Source: Paraspadella gotoi
Lineage: Eukaryota; Animalia; Chaetognatha
Assembly: GCA_051294375.1 (NCBI GenBank)
Contig: CM119263.1
Coordinates: 10,624,703 to 10,688,702 of the forward strand
Length of the DNA stretch: 64,000 nucleotides
Direction of reading: 5' to 3'
The notes under the pieces were generated by a model, which ran no database searches, had not been told where the DNA came from, and was given only the letters and a program-made list of their open reading frames with translations. Both the position numbers and the translations under genes were made by a program. Below, piece by piece: positions 1-11,180 of this stretch. How positions within the stretch are numbered: position 1 is the first letter of the stretch; the number at the start of each line of letters is the position of its first letter.

Positions 1-1414
1 ACCTAACCCTTATTCTAGCGAAGTATTTAATTTTATGGGGAAGGCATAAGCTTTCTGGGGGACCTGTGACCAGCAAAGAAAATTATTGGAGGGGCCCATA
101 GATTCACGACAATCCACTGTTGGAGAAGCAAGAGAGACGCACAAAGAGAGATGAGACAGAGAGAGACAAAATTTTGCATGATTACTTAAAAGATAATATA
201 AGAGATTTGAGATTACTTTGCTTCATTCTAATTTTGTTATTGTCCACTGTCAAAAATTGCTTTTAAAAAAAATATAAAATTTAAAAAAAAAATAAAAATA
301 TAAAAAACCAAAAAAATAAAAAAAATTAAAAAAAAACCAAAAAAAGCCTTGGTAGTCCTACAAATGGGCTAAAATAATTTGGGTAGAATAATTAATATGA
401 ATAGAATATGCAACCATGGACCCTTTGTGAATTAGTCGATTGAAAACTTGTATTTCCAGATTTTTATAATTTCATTCTGTTTTTATCGTGATCAACTTTA
501 CATAATCTGTTGAATTATGCGCGACATTAATATTGCATATACGTATCTTGTCGCAGTCATCATTTTATGTAAGCCACCTGTGCCTTTCTTTTTTTTTTTT
601 TCGGGAGGGTTGCAATTATTTTTGTGCAAACTTATTTGCAAATTTATTTTGAATACATTTAAATATTTTATCACCAAATCGTTATTCTTTAACTATCAGA
701 CTAAATAGCGCGAAAAAAAATGAATTGTTGATGAAAGTTAATTTTTAATAAATAGTGATTTAATTTTAGAGAAAAAATAGATATAGAATGAACAATTTCT
801 TCAAAGATTTCGTTTCTTCTTACTACTCATATCCAAAGGTTCTTCGTTCCTATTGTTGATGTCGTGCTTGATGTCTCTTTGGTTTTCTTCCACGTTTGGA
901 TTCCAAAGAAAATTCGATCCCTCCTAAAAAAAGCGTACTCGTCAGGTCGATGTTCATTTGTTTGTTTGTTTGTTTCATTCCCTCAAAGATTTCGCCAAAC
1001 AACACTAAAACTCAGTAAATCGACAAAGCTCTCTTGTGATAAACTTGGTCTGCCTTCAGCGTAACTTACGAATGGGGACCAACTCGCTTTCCGAAGTCGC
1101 GTGATTGACCTGCCCCTTTGCACAATGGCTACAGTACTTGCCTTTTTTCTCCTGAATTTTTTTGGTGAATTTTTAGGTCTGCCTCTAATCATCTTCATTT
1201 TTTCCAATCTTTCCCGTAATTTTATCCTACTCTAAGCTTTGTTTTTTCGATTTTTAATGACGTAATTCAAATGAACCATGTTCAATTGTTCAAATGAACA
1301 ATGTTCATTAGAGTGGAGCACTGGCGAACATAAATTTTATTTGCGTGAACAAACATGGATATTTAGACGTGAGATAGTATGATTAAGGAGTATAAAAAAT
1401 ATTTTGCTTATATT

Positions 1415-1850
1415 GTTTGGGGAACAGTATCATTAATTACAATATATTTATAGTAATATCCTTATAAAATTATAAATTTTCAAAATAATTTTTTTTAATT
1501 TTTATTAAAGATTCTGATTCTTCATAAAAATTTAGATCAAAAATATAAAATATGTTATTAAAAATTGTAATGTCTTCAGCATCAAAAATGCAAAAAAAGT
1601 GTTAAATTCTCCGCTCTTTTACGCTTTGTAGTAAAAACAATTATATGATGAAACGTTTTGGTCATTTTTCGCAGTTTTTTGCTTTAACCTAAAAATATCA
1701 TGTAACATGTTTACAACATTTTTCAGTTTTTTTGGCGAATCCAAACTGTTCTTAAAATTAAAAAAATATGATTTAAAAATTTTATGATTTTATTTTATTA
1801 CTATAAAAAAATTCAATTAATGATATTGTTATGCAATTTTTTTTTGAAAA
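1415..1850. repeat. AT-rich degenerate foldback/MITE-like element; related segment at ~18110-18230
   Basis: ~1420-1505 is an imperfect reverse complement of ~1750-1835. AAACTGTTCTTAAAATTAAAAAA...TTACTATAAAAAAA recurs at ~18121-18195. Confidence 0.5.
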
Positions 1851-1875
1851 ATGGCTTCATTATTTTTATTTACAA

Positions 1876-2254
1876 GGCAAGATAGCTTATTTATTAAATG
1901 AATGGATAATTTTTATTTGGTCGTACTAATTTCATAAAATTCAGCCCTTGTATTTTGATGTAGTGCGGAGTATAATAAATATTCCTCGATCTAATACTTA
2001 AGGGAGTGGTCTTTTCATACAATTGAAACATCTTTAAAATATTATACTTCATTGATAGGGAAGCCAGGTACTCTGGGAGTGAATAAACGAGACTGTGAGA
2101 GAGGTCTTGATTGAAAGCTTGCAGGGACCTGCTATGTCATTATCTTGTAAGAGTGATGGAGGCTTTAAACCACCAAGCTGTCCAAAGTCAGGGGCAAGAT
2201 AGCTTATTTATTAAATGAATGAATAATTTTTATATTGGTTGTACCAATTTCATA
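1876..2254 (+). mobile_element. 324-bp non-autonomous repeat family, ~1.2-unit copy
   Basis: Similar to the tandem units at 59916-60583. Starts and ends with the same ~60-nt segment (GGCAAGATAGC...AATTTCATA). Flanked by TACAAGGCA (1871-1879) and TACAAAGGCA (2255-2264). Confidence 0.85.
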
Positions 2255-3434
2255 TACAAAGGCAGCAAAAAAACATTGTTCCATCGCTCAATCTTTTCAT
2301 CACTCCACCTAATGTTCATAGTACTCGCCTGGAGAGCGAAGTCGGAAAAACCGGCGAAGGGAGGCGGAGGAGGAAGAGGAAGAGGAGAAACAGGCGGAGC
2401 AGTGAAGACGATGGAGATCGGAGAGGAAGAAAGGAGAAGCGAATCTGAATTTGTTTTCGTTTAATTTTAAATCTCAAGTGAATAAATAATTAAAATGGGA
2501 AATTTAGGGCGTCGCAAAAAAACAATTACGGTATTCAAAACCTAATCGGATTCATTGCGGTTATTTGTATACATTATTACGTTGACATGAACATGATTAT
2601 TATAAAACATACAGACATGTGATAAAAAAAAGGGGGGACTGTGGCGGTATATTCACACCGCCTCAGGACCCTCTTAAATCTTAAATTGCGCGCGTTTGAT
2701 GCATTTATTTTAAAAATATTTAAATGGTAAATGTAGATTTTTTTTTAGGAAAAAAATTGGTCCAGTCGTCAAGACCTGTAGCACGCAAAAGACAAGAAAA
2801 CCAAGGAAGTCGTTCTGCCTCAATTTTTGGGCGTTGTATTCATGTATTTTTAAAAAACTAGGAATGGGAAATGTGGATTTTCGAAAGAGGAATCCATATG
2901 TTAAAGTTGGAAAGAAAATCATTATTGTCATTCAAGAGCTATAACACCCTCGACACAACAGATTAAAATTGCGTTAATTTTCTTCTACTCTAACGCTCTG
3001 TGTTGAGTAATTACTTAAAAAATTTTTTTTTCTAGCAAACGGATGGTTAAACTTTAACCAAATTCTTAATAATAGTTCCTTTTTTAATGAACATTGAAAC
3101 AAACCTGATGCGATAAACTTTCGTTTTCGTTGTTATTAGGATATAGAGAAAGGCAAAGTTTTTGAAATTGTGTATCTATTACGAATTTTATTTGAAATTA
3201 CGGACATGTTTCGGCTCATAATCAAAGGAACAAACCTATAATGGAGTATTCATTTGCGCAATGTTTTAGGGAGTCCTTTTTTTTTTTTTTTGCACAGGAC
3301 TGTAGTTTACACAGATGAAACCTCAGTTTAGAAATTCTTAATGTTATTCCGTTTAAATAAATTGCCAGTAAGTCAATTCTTATAGATTTTACTAAGTGAT
3401 CGTTTAATTTTTCTTCTTTTCTTTTTTTTTTTTC

Positions 3435-4646
3435 TCACCCCGTGATTTCTTCCTCTCTCCCCGACGCCTTCCTTCCGTCGCTGGTTGGGAAAGTGGCCGT
3501 AGCCGACGCCGTGTCCTCGGGTTCGTATCCAGAGACCGTCGCCCCCGCCGACGCAGATGCCGACTCCGAGAACGACGCGTACTTCTGCGTCTTTCTCCAT
3601 TTCGCTCTTTTGTTTTGGAACCAAATTTGAATCGTTGATTCCGGGAGGCGAATTTGTCGGGCGAGAGTCTCGCGACTGAGATGGAGTGAGAAGATACAGT
3701 ATTGTCAGTAACGGCAGCTGCGACAGTAAAATCAGCAGCTTCCGTTTAATATTTTTTTTTAAATTTTAACGAGAGATGAGTTGTATATACGAGACGAAAA
3801 CGAATCGTGCTACTGAAGAAAAACAGAATAGAACTACTAGCGCCTCTTTACCATCGACGATAACAGGGTTTGAAAGAATTAAAAGGAAATACGTAGCATG
3901 ATGCTAAGAAATATAATGATTATTATTATTACGTAGCAGCAGCCAAGTCATCATCGCTATATCAAAGACAACCCCGTGTCTCGCCTGTTGACATCCGGGT
4001 AGTGAGTGATGGAGAACATGAGCTCCAACTCGCGGAGCTGATCCTGAGTGAAGGTCGTGCGAATACGAGGTTTCTTCGTAGCGGCGCCGGTGGACGCGCC
4101 GCCCTTTTCCGGCGTCAATTGCGTTGCCGGCGTCTCGTCGGAGATGACGTCGATGATTTCGTCCTCGTCGTCATTTTTCTCGCGAATCGTCGACCTTTTT
4201 CCTTTCGGCCTCGGCGCCGGTGCAGGTGATGTTGTTGTTGCTGTTGTTGTTTTTGTCGTTGCTGGTTGGGAAATGGAAAACTTTGGCTCCGACGCCGGTT
4301 TCTCTATCGTTTTTACCGCGTGCCTTGTCTCTATGAGGCGGCGCCCATCGCGGCGTCGAGCCAAAAATTGAAGCATCCGGTCGGCGTCGAAAGGCGCCGA
4401 TTCGGAAAGGAGTTTAATTCCGGCCCCATCAAGAAACGAGGAACGCCGGCTCACGTCGTTCATCGGCGCCGCGAATCTCCACCAAGGAATAGTGCCACCA
4501 AAAATCGCATGGCGCCGCCAATCGTCGTTGGTTCCTAGTCGGCGCCTTTCGTCGAGAGCGACGCCGGTAAATTGGGTCTCGGCGCCTCCATCCTCGATTC
4601 CCTGGCGCCCTAAAGAATACGGAGACGTCGCCACGGTGGTGAACAT
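3435..4646 (-). CDS. PRD-class (Q50) homeodomain protein, divergent; exons 4646-3985 and 3675-3435 (may have further 5' exon)
   Basis: Joining AAC AG|GCGAGA (GC donor at 3984) to TCTCAG|TCGC (3675) gives an exact 60-aa homeodomain [63 protein letters not shown] at 3437-3435. Confidence 0.88.
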
Positions 4647-7095
4647 TTCCTGAATTATGAAGCGGCGTCCTCGTTTCTGTCTTTGTTTTAATCAGGTTAA
4701 TTCGCAATTCTTGCCTTTTAAAATTAATTTAAACTTTTAAAGAAAATTAAAAGAAGAATTAAAATGAAAAAACAATTTTTAAATTAAAGTTTGATGAAAA
4801 AAAAAACCTTTTTTGAATCGTAGAAAAATTTTTTTCAAATATTTGTCAAATCGCCGTTTCTTTTATCTGAATCATTTTTATTTTTAAATCACTTCAGCTT
4901 TGAGTCATGTAATAAAATGGAAATAAAATTAAGAAGGAAAAAAAATATAGAATACGGAATTTTGAAGTCACCGGCCTCTACTTCCAATAATCCGAAAGGA
5001 TCAGGTGTTTAAATAACACTTCCGCTACTGACATAGTCGCTGCCAGACGATCACAAATCATCGGTCGACGCCATTTTCGGTCCGAAGCGCCGCGCTCGTT
5101 GCGGGGAAGGAATCGATCCCCGCTTCTGTCTTTGTCAACTTTAAATACGGAAGCCGAATCGTCGTCGTCGTCGTCGTTCGTTGTCGTTGTCGTCGTCGTC
5201 GCCACCGCACGCAATCGTCATTCACCGTCTTACTCAAACTTTATTAAGCCACTTTTATTAAACATTTATCATGGAAAATCGAGAATAGCATTAGCCTGCT
5301 TTTTTAAAAAATAAGATATTTAATGACTCCTTTTATTAAACGCTATGCTTCTGGTCCAATGATCGCTATAGTTCAATTGACGTCATTTTCATTACGATCG
5401 TCGGTTCTCTTTGGTCATCGGTTATCTTATTGTGTCCTTAATCCTCATTTTTGTAACATCCGGCGTCTAATTTTTGACGACTAGATTGGATCGAGTGCCA
5501 CCTTGAGTTTCATTGAACGGCGGAGGGTGTTAACAGAGGGGAGGTGGAAAATGGAAAAGGTGGTAGGAGAAAGTTTAGAAAGGAAAGACCTGGACAACGG
5601 GTGGAAAAAGTAGAAGTTAGAAAGGCTAAAGAGGAGTGAAGGAGTTGGACAAATTGGAGGGGGGAAATGAGGTGGAAAAGTAGAGGGTGGGATATGTTGA
5701 GGAGATATCGTGTAAGAAACATTTCTTTGACGCAAAGGATTAGTCGGTTATATCGTATAAAGTAATTGTTAATATTATTTTTATTTCCTTAGTTGGAGAG
5801 TTTTCCTCGAGGATTGCTGGATCTAACCTCCCTGTTCAAGATAGTTTTAAAATAACAATTTGGGTGCTGTGGTCGCCGGGCAAGGTGGGAGGTCGGATTC
5901 TCGACAAATGGCAAGATGTTGTGGGCAGGGTTGTGTGTCGACGTCTCCATTGGATAAGTGGATGATGATTATGAATCCCAAGGAGGTGACTAACGCCGCT
6001 GAAATTTGAATCTCAACAACGTCTCACTCGGGTTGGAAAAACGTGACTAGCACAGCGTCAGGTAATTAAAAAAAATATTGAAATAATTTCGAAAACTTAA
6101 GAGCAACTACGATTGTCATTAAATTTTTGCTCTTCACCCTGCTCTTCATACTCTTTCTGGGTTTTCATGTATAAATATCATTTCAAGAGGATAGATTCGT
6201 CCAATTTTCATATTTTAATTGAGAAAGTTGTCCAGTATTTTGTCATTTGAAATTGTTTCCGGTTTTATCTACAGAGAAAATAACCTTAGTGTCTCTGTCA
6301 GAAAGGTTCTCAGTCATCCAATCAGGAAAAAACACTCCAAGCCAAATTTGTGATAAAAGATTGGGTTTGACGAGTGAAGGGGGAAACGGGGATCACCTAC
6401 TGCGGGGCAACCCTGACGGGAGGGCGGCCCTTTCGAAAAAAAAAAGCATTAGAGAACGCCGAAGCCCGAATTCGTTAATAAGTTGTTATTCAAATAATCG
6501 TTAAAACTGGGAGTAGAACCGAAGTCGAATTCTAAAAAGTTTAGATTCTGTGTTTGTCCTTTATTAGATCATGAGTAATTTGATTTATACTAACTGCATC
6601 GAAATTGATTCAAGTTTTTTTTTTTTTTTTACCGTGAATTGTTTCACTTTTGAACAAATTGATTAAAAATCCTAATTAATTCAACTTGATACCTTGAACC
6701 CCAAAAAAGTGAAATTAGATCAGGAAAGATCTGCTTTTATAATTGTCTCGGCTTTTCCTCCTCTTCGTTCGAACTCCGCCCTAATCACGTGGGACGTTTG
6801 ATTTCCGCGGCGAAGTAAATGGCCCCTGATTCTTTTATTTTATTTTGGATCGCCTCCGAAATTTTTGATTGCCACCAAAAATTGATTATACGACCTGTTG
6901 TTCAAACAAAAGGGAAGCGGACCGCCGTGAAGGCCTCTTTATCTTTTATTTTTAGCGAGACTTCGAGTGCCCTCTTTCGCGCGAAGAATTTGGAGCCGCA
7001 CGATATTAGATTCCAAGCAAGGCAATCGCGATTGTTTCCACAGAGGCGGTATATGCCACTGGTAATACGAATACGCCTTTATAGCAACAGCCGTG

Positions 7096-7278
7096 TTGCC
7101 TGTGATTCCAATTTGGATAGGGCATCTCATTGTTGACTTTATGGGCTTCTGACACTCATAGGCGCCGCCAACGCAGAGGGAAGTCATTAGGACTGTGGAT
7201 GGAACCTCCTTCTCCTTCTTAGCCGACGGGATTGGCTGATCGATGGTGGATGTGAGGCGGGGTAAATATACCGCCACA
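7096..7278 (-). repeat. Dispersed GC-rich repeat; diverged copies at 20724-20941 (+) and a 5' fragment at 2640-2665 (+)
   Basis: Shared blocks TGTGGCGGT..TT(C/T)AC(A/C)CCG(C/T)CTCAC, GTTCCATCCACAGTCCT, TTCCCTCT.CGTTGGC, GAAGCCC..AAAG.CAACA.TGAGATGCC and ATCACAGGCA. Confidence 0.75.
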
Positions 7279-7994
7279 CCTTCCCCTTTTAATATGTTTA
7301 ATGATGAAAAATGTTTTTCAGTAGTCTATTTCCTTTAACTTAAGTACTAGATTGGTAGACAGGCCAAGATAAATTAACGAAAACAATCGGGCAAATTTAC
7401 CGACAGGAAGACGGGGGGAAAAAAGAATGGTTGCTCCTCTTATTGAAAATTTGCCAAAAATAAATGTATCTCGAAAGATGAATGTTCTGTTATTTAAATT
7501 AAAAAGAAAAAATATGTTTTGTAGTACAATCATCAGAATAAGACTATTATTAAAAAATAACGACAGAATATTTAAATCAATTCAGTTATGACTAGCATGT
7601 GAGTTTCGTCGTCCGCTTTCTTCCTTTCTCTCTCTCCCATTCTCTTTCTTTTTTTCTCTTTCTTTCTTTCTCTTTCTCTTCCTCGCGTCCGAAAGATGAA
7701 GCTGAAACTTTCGGGGATTTTAGCGGATATTTTCAAACAATCGATAAACGTAAATAGTTCGTTGTGTTTATTCGCCACCGCCTAGATGCGAAGCTTTTTA
7801 ACAAAGAAAATAAAAAAGATACTTTTATTTCCAGACTAAAACTCCTATACGCAAAGCCTGGTGACATTATATGTTCATTTTTAGCTTACAAACTTGATGA
7901 CCAGAAAGGTTTCTTTGGACAAGACTGTCTCAACCAAAACCAAAAGGTTTTTTTCGTTATAATATAATAAACGGTTCCATCGTATTTCGACCGC

Positions 7995-9323
7995 ATGCGA
8001 GCCTCTCTCCATCGAGAATACGGTTCTGATGAGAAGTCATTTCGACTGAAGTACCCGACATTTTTCCCCCCTTTCGCGTTGCTCATCCTCTCTCGGTGTC
8101 GCATATTTCTCGCGGTTTTGGCCGCGCTGCTTCCGGCGACCTTCTCTGCTTGCGCACCTTTCGGGGAGATGCGGTCGGACTTTGTTGGCGCCGAAAAGGT
8201 GGCGCCTTATTCAATCGGAAACGTCACATACCAGATTACCATCGGCACCGGAGGATATAAGTCTCTGGCGCTGAAAAGAATTCCAAGAGGTGAGTGANNN
8301 NNNNNNNGAAAAGAATTTCAAGAGGTGAGTGACGTCAACATGTTTAATTTTTTTTTGTTTACGGACGGACGGACGGACCTACAGACAGACAGACAGACGG
8401 ACGGACGGACGGACATCGTTATTTTTTTGCATAATTTATCATAATTCGATGGTTGGACATGATGTAAGTGACTGCCCGACAAGATTGAGGGGGCGGACCG
8501 ACGGACCGACAAAGTGAATTATAGAGTCGGAATCTGCTGATAAGCAGACCCGACTAAAAATACACTGCGCGTCCTAAACCATTTCCCTTTTGTCCAGCCG
8601 ACCGCGGTAGAGCACCTTCAGAGGGGCCACTTCGGCTGAAACTTCTTGGCCAAGAAAATCGGTCTTGCATCCTGACCATTTTAGGAATATTTCACCTCGA
8701 CACCAAAAAAGTAAGAAAAGAGGCAATACATTTTTTAACGCTCTTTTCCCCCGCGGTTCTAACTCGCCCTAATATTTAAAGACTACGAAAGCGTCTTGTC
8801 TGTATTTGGGGGACATTTCGTCGGCTATCGTGACGATGAACAGCGCGGACCTTTGGTTCTTCGAGAGCATACGAGTCTCGCGAGAGAGAAAGACAGAGGC
8901 TTTGACGGACGTGGAGGCGTGGATGGGGAAAGTCGACAGGAATCGCGGTGAGTTTGGGAAGCAAAGAGGAAAACTACAGTGTGCCCCGGGAGTGTCGACA
9001 TATAAGAGAGATCTGAACTCAACCACGGGAAATTTAATTTGCCAACTTGCTAACACGGCAAAAGGGATTTTGCACCTCTTAGTCTAACCGTTGCTTCTGA
9101 ACGTCAAAACTACCGCAATTACCTGCAGTTTACTGCAGTTATTTGGCTTGATTGTTTTAATTGGAACGGATAAAAAGTTACGTGAGATTAATAGCCATTG
9201 ACGAAATCATTTTGAAAACTTTTTTTACCGTAGATGTTCACGTTTATTCTTTTACTTTCAGATTTTTGGAAAGTCAGTGGCGGGTGGACGGAAAGCGTCA
9301 CGATAACATTTACAAGAAGCTGA
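7995..9323 (+). CDS. Secreted PLAT/LH2-domain protein; exons 7995-8289, 8598-8710, 8782-8947, 9262-9323
   Basis: GT-AG junctions are phase-consistent. Hydrophobic signal (FLAVLAALLPATFSA) followed by PLAT-like motifs YQITIGTG...LRLKLLG...LGDISSAIVTMNSADLWFFESIRV. An assembly gap lies in intron 1. Confidence 0.7.
8337..8560 (+). mobile_element. DINE-1/Helentron-like non-autonomous element with (GACG)/(GACA) microsatellite; second copy at ~55100-55248 (-)
   Basis: Internal tetranucleotide repeat and terminal hairpin AGTCGGAATCTGCTGATAAGCAGACCCGACT followed by AAAAA. A reverse-complement relative lies in a protease intron. Confidence 0.6.
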
Positions 9324-9551
9324 ATTTTACCAGGGAATATTTGACTAAACTTCGGTATTGTTTGTGAACATTGTATAATGTATATGTTTGTATATTTGTA
9401 TTGAATTAATTGAATCATTGCCCAACAATACTCGATAGAAGTAGAAACTTAGAAGGAATAACAAAAGGAAATACGACGACAGATCGTCGGACGGGAAGAG
9501 GGAGGAAGGGGGGCGTTCAGTACGCCGCTGTTCGATCCTGACCTAATTTGA

Positions 9552-9600
<49 letters not shown>

Positions 9601-9693
9601 ATCTCTCTCTCATCTCTCTCTCTCTCTACACTCTCTCTGTTTCGAGGAATTATAAATCTCAGAGACAAGAGGAGAGGTGAGAAGAGAGGAGAT

Positions 9694-9729
<36 letters not shown>

Positions 9730-10317
9730 GGCGGGCGAAACGGGGGGGAGAAAGCTCGAGCTTCTGCCTTCCCCGACCGTCAACGGCGCAGGGGTTGCTA
9801 ATGATAACCTCGAGGTCAAACCCGTTCAACAGTAATCGGGGATTGGCTAAAAAATTTTGTCCGTTCGAGTTTCTTGAATCTGATTGGTTGATGAAAATAT
9901 TTTGACGTCGTAGATTGACGCCTAAATGTATCCGAATGCCGAATCTCGGACCGAACGAATCCTTTTGGGGTCCGATTTTATCATGAGGGGCAACGAAAGA
10001 AAGTTAAAATTTTCTAGCGGTCATTCTTCATTGTTTTAATCCCGACTTTTTTTTTACTGGATTAATAACAATATTAATAAATTTCTAAACAGGGAGGAAG
10101 AAAAATTTCAAAATTAAAAATTTGATATATGTATTAAACGTGCGGCGGTAAACGCGAATTGTCCTTTTTTTCTCCTCGTGGTCATCATTTGTGAGATATT
10201 TGATTTAAAAAAAACCCTAAAATTAAAATTAACGTAACGCCATCGAAAATTACGTACCATCGCGTCACGTATTTTGACTACCTTTTTTGGTATTTCTCCC
10301 GAAGCAATAAGCGTTTC

Positions 10318-11074
10318 ATGTCGCGTCCCATAATGGCCTCTCTGACGCAGACGACAAGCTTCCTTCTATTGGTGGCCTCCGCCAACTGCTTGCCCGTCTT
10401 CGATGGCTCCATCACAGAAGCCTCCGAAATTGTTTTCAAAGAGCGTAACTCTCGTTCTATCGTCAAGCAAAACGACCATTTGTCCTCGACTGGCTCGATT
10501 CTTCGAGGCGACGTTAAAAAGCCTGTCATCTTAGCCAACGAGACTGTCGGGACTCTCCGGGCCGAGCCGAAGAAAGAAGAAGAAAATTCTAAAGTCCAAT
10601 GGTTAGAGGAACAACCGCGCCCGGAGAGAACCGGAGACTTTCCGTACTTTGTGCGACACGAGTTAGTAACGCCGCCTCCCGTCGCAAAAAGCATTTGGAC
10701 CATTTTCGGCGAAATCGGGCGCGTTTCTGACGATTTAGATTCGAAGGATTACGATGAAATTAAATCCAAAATAAGACGAATAAACAGTGCGAAGGCTCTA
10801 GTCGTCGCTGCGGTGATAGGCGGTATAATCTTTGTCGGATACGCGACTCTCTGTATTTTTTGGCGGTTTAAAGGGTAAGTACTCACTTGTCTGCCTTCTC
10901 CGATATGCGGGAAAGACGACGCACGGTATAGTCGGAAAATAACCCGATCTCTTGCTCGTTTACAGTCCACCCCACGGTGTGCCACAGCCTATTCCGTTAA
11001 ACTATCCTCCTCAGCAACAGCAGCAGCAGCATGAAGGAAATCGCCATTTTGACAAATATTGCAGGCGTGGATGA
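10318..11074 (+). CDS. Type-I single-pass membrane protein, unknown family; exons 10318-10874, 10966-11074
   Basis: Signal peptide (SFLLLVASANC), TM helix ALVVAAVIGGIIFVGYATLCIFW, GG|GTAAGT donor and an in-phase acceptor giving a Pro/Gln tail ending in TGA. Confidence 0.7.
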
Positions 11075-11180
11075 GAAAGTAGGTCTTTTTTTTTTGGTAA
11101 ATAAGTTCAGTCTTATAGTATCATAATTTATCATTTGTAAACAAGCACGAGTTATCGACACTTCATTCCCTCAACGAAAC

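Noticed and set aside
800-1230. Short ORFs, possibly a transposon remnant
   Set aside because: No recognisable motif and stops in all frames.
8020-8060. CTGATGA hammerhead-like core
   Set aside because: No GAAA or stems in register, and it lies in a coding exon.
8273-8332. Apparent direct duplication AAAAGAATT(C/T)CAAGAGGTGAGTGA around an N gap
   Set aside because: Contig-overlap artefact at the assembly gap.
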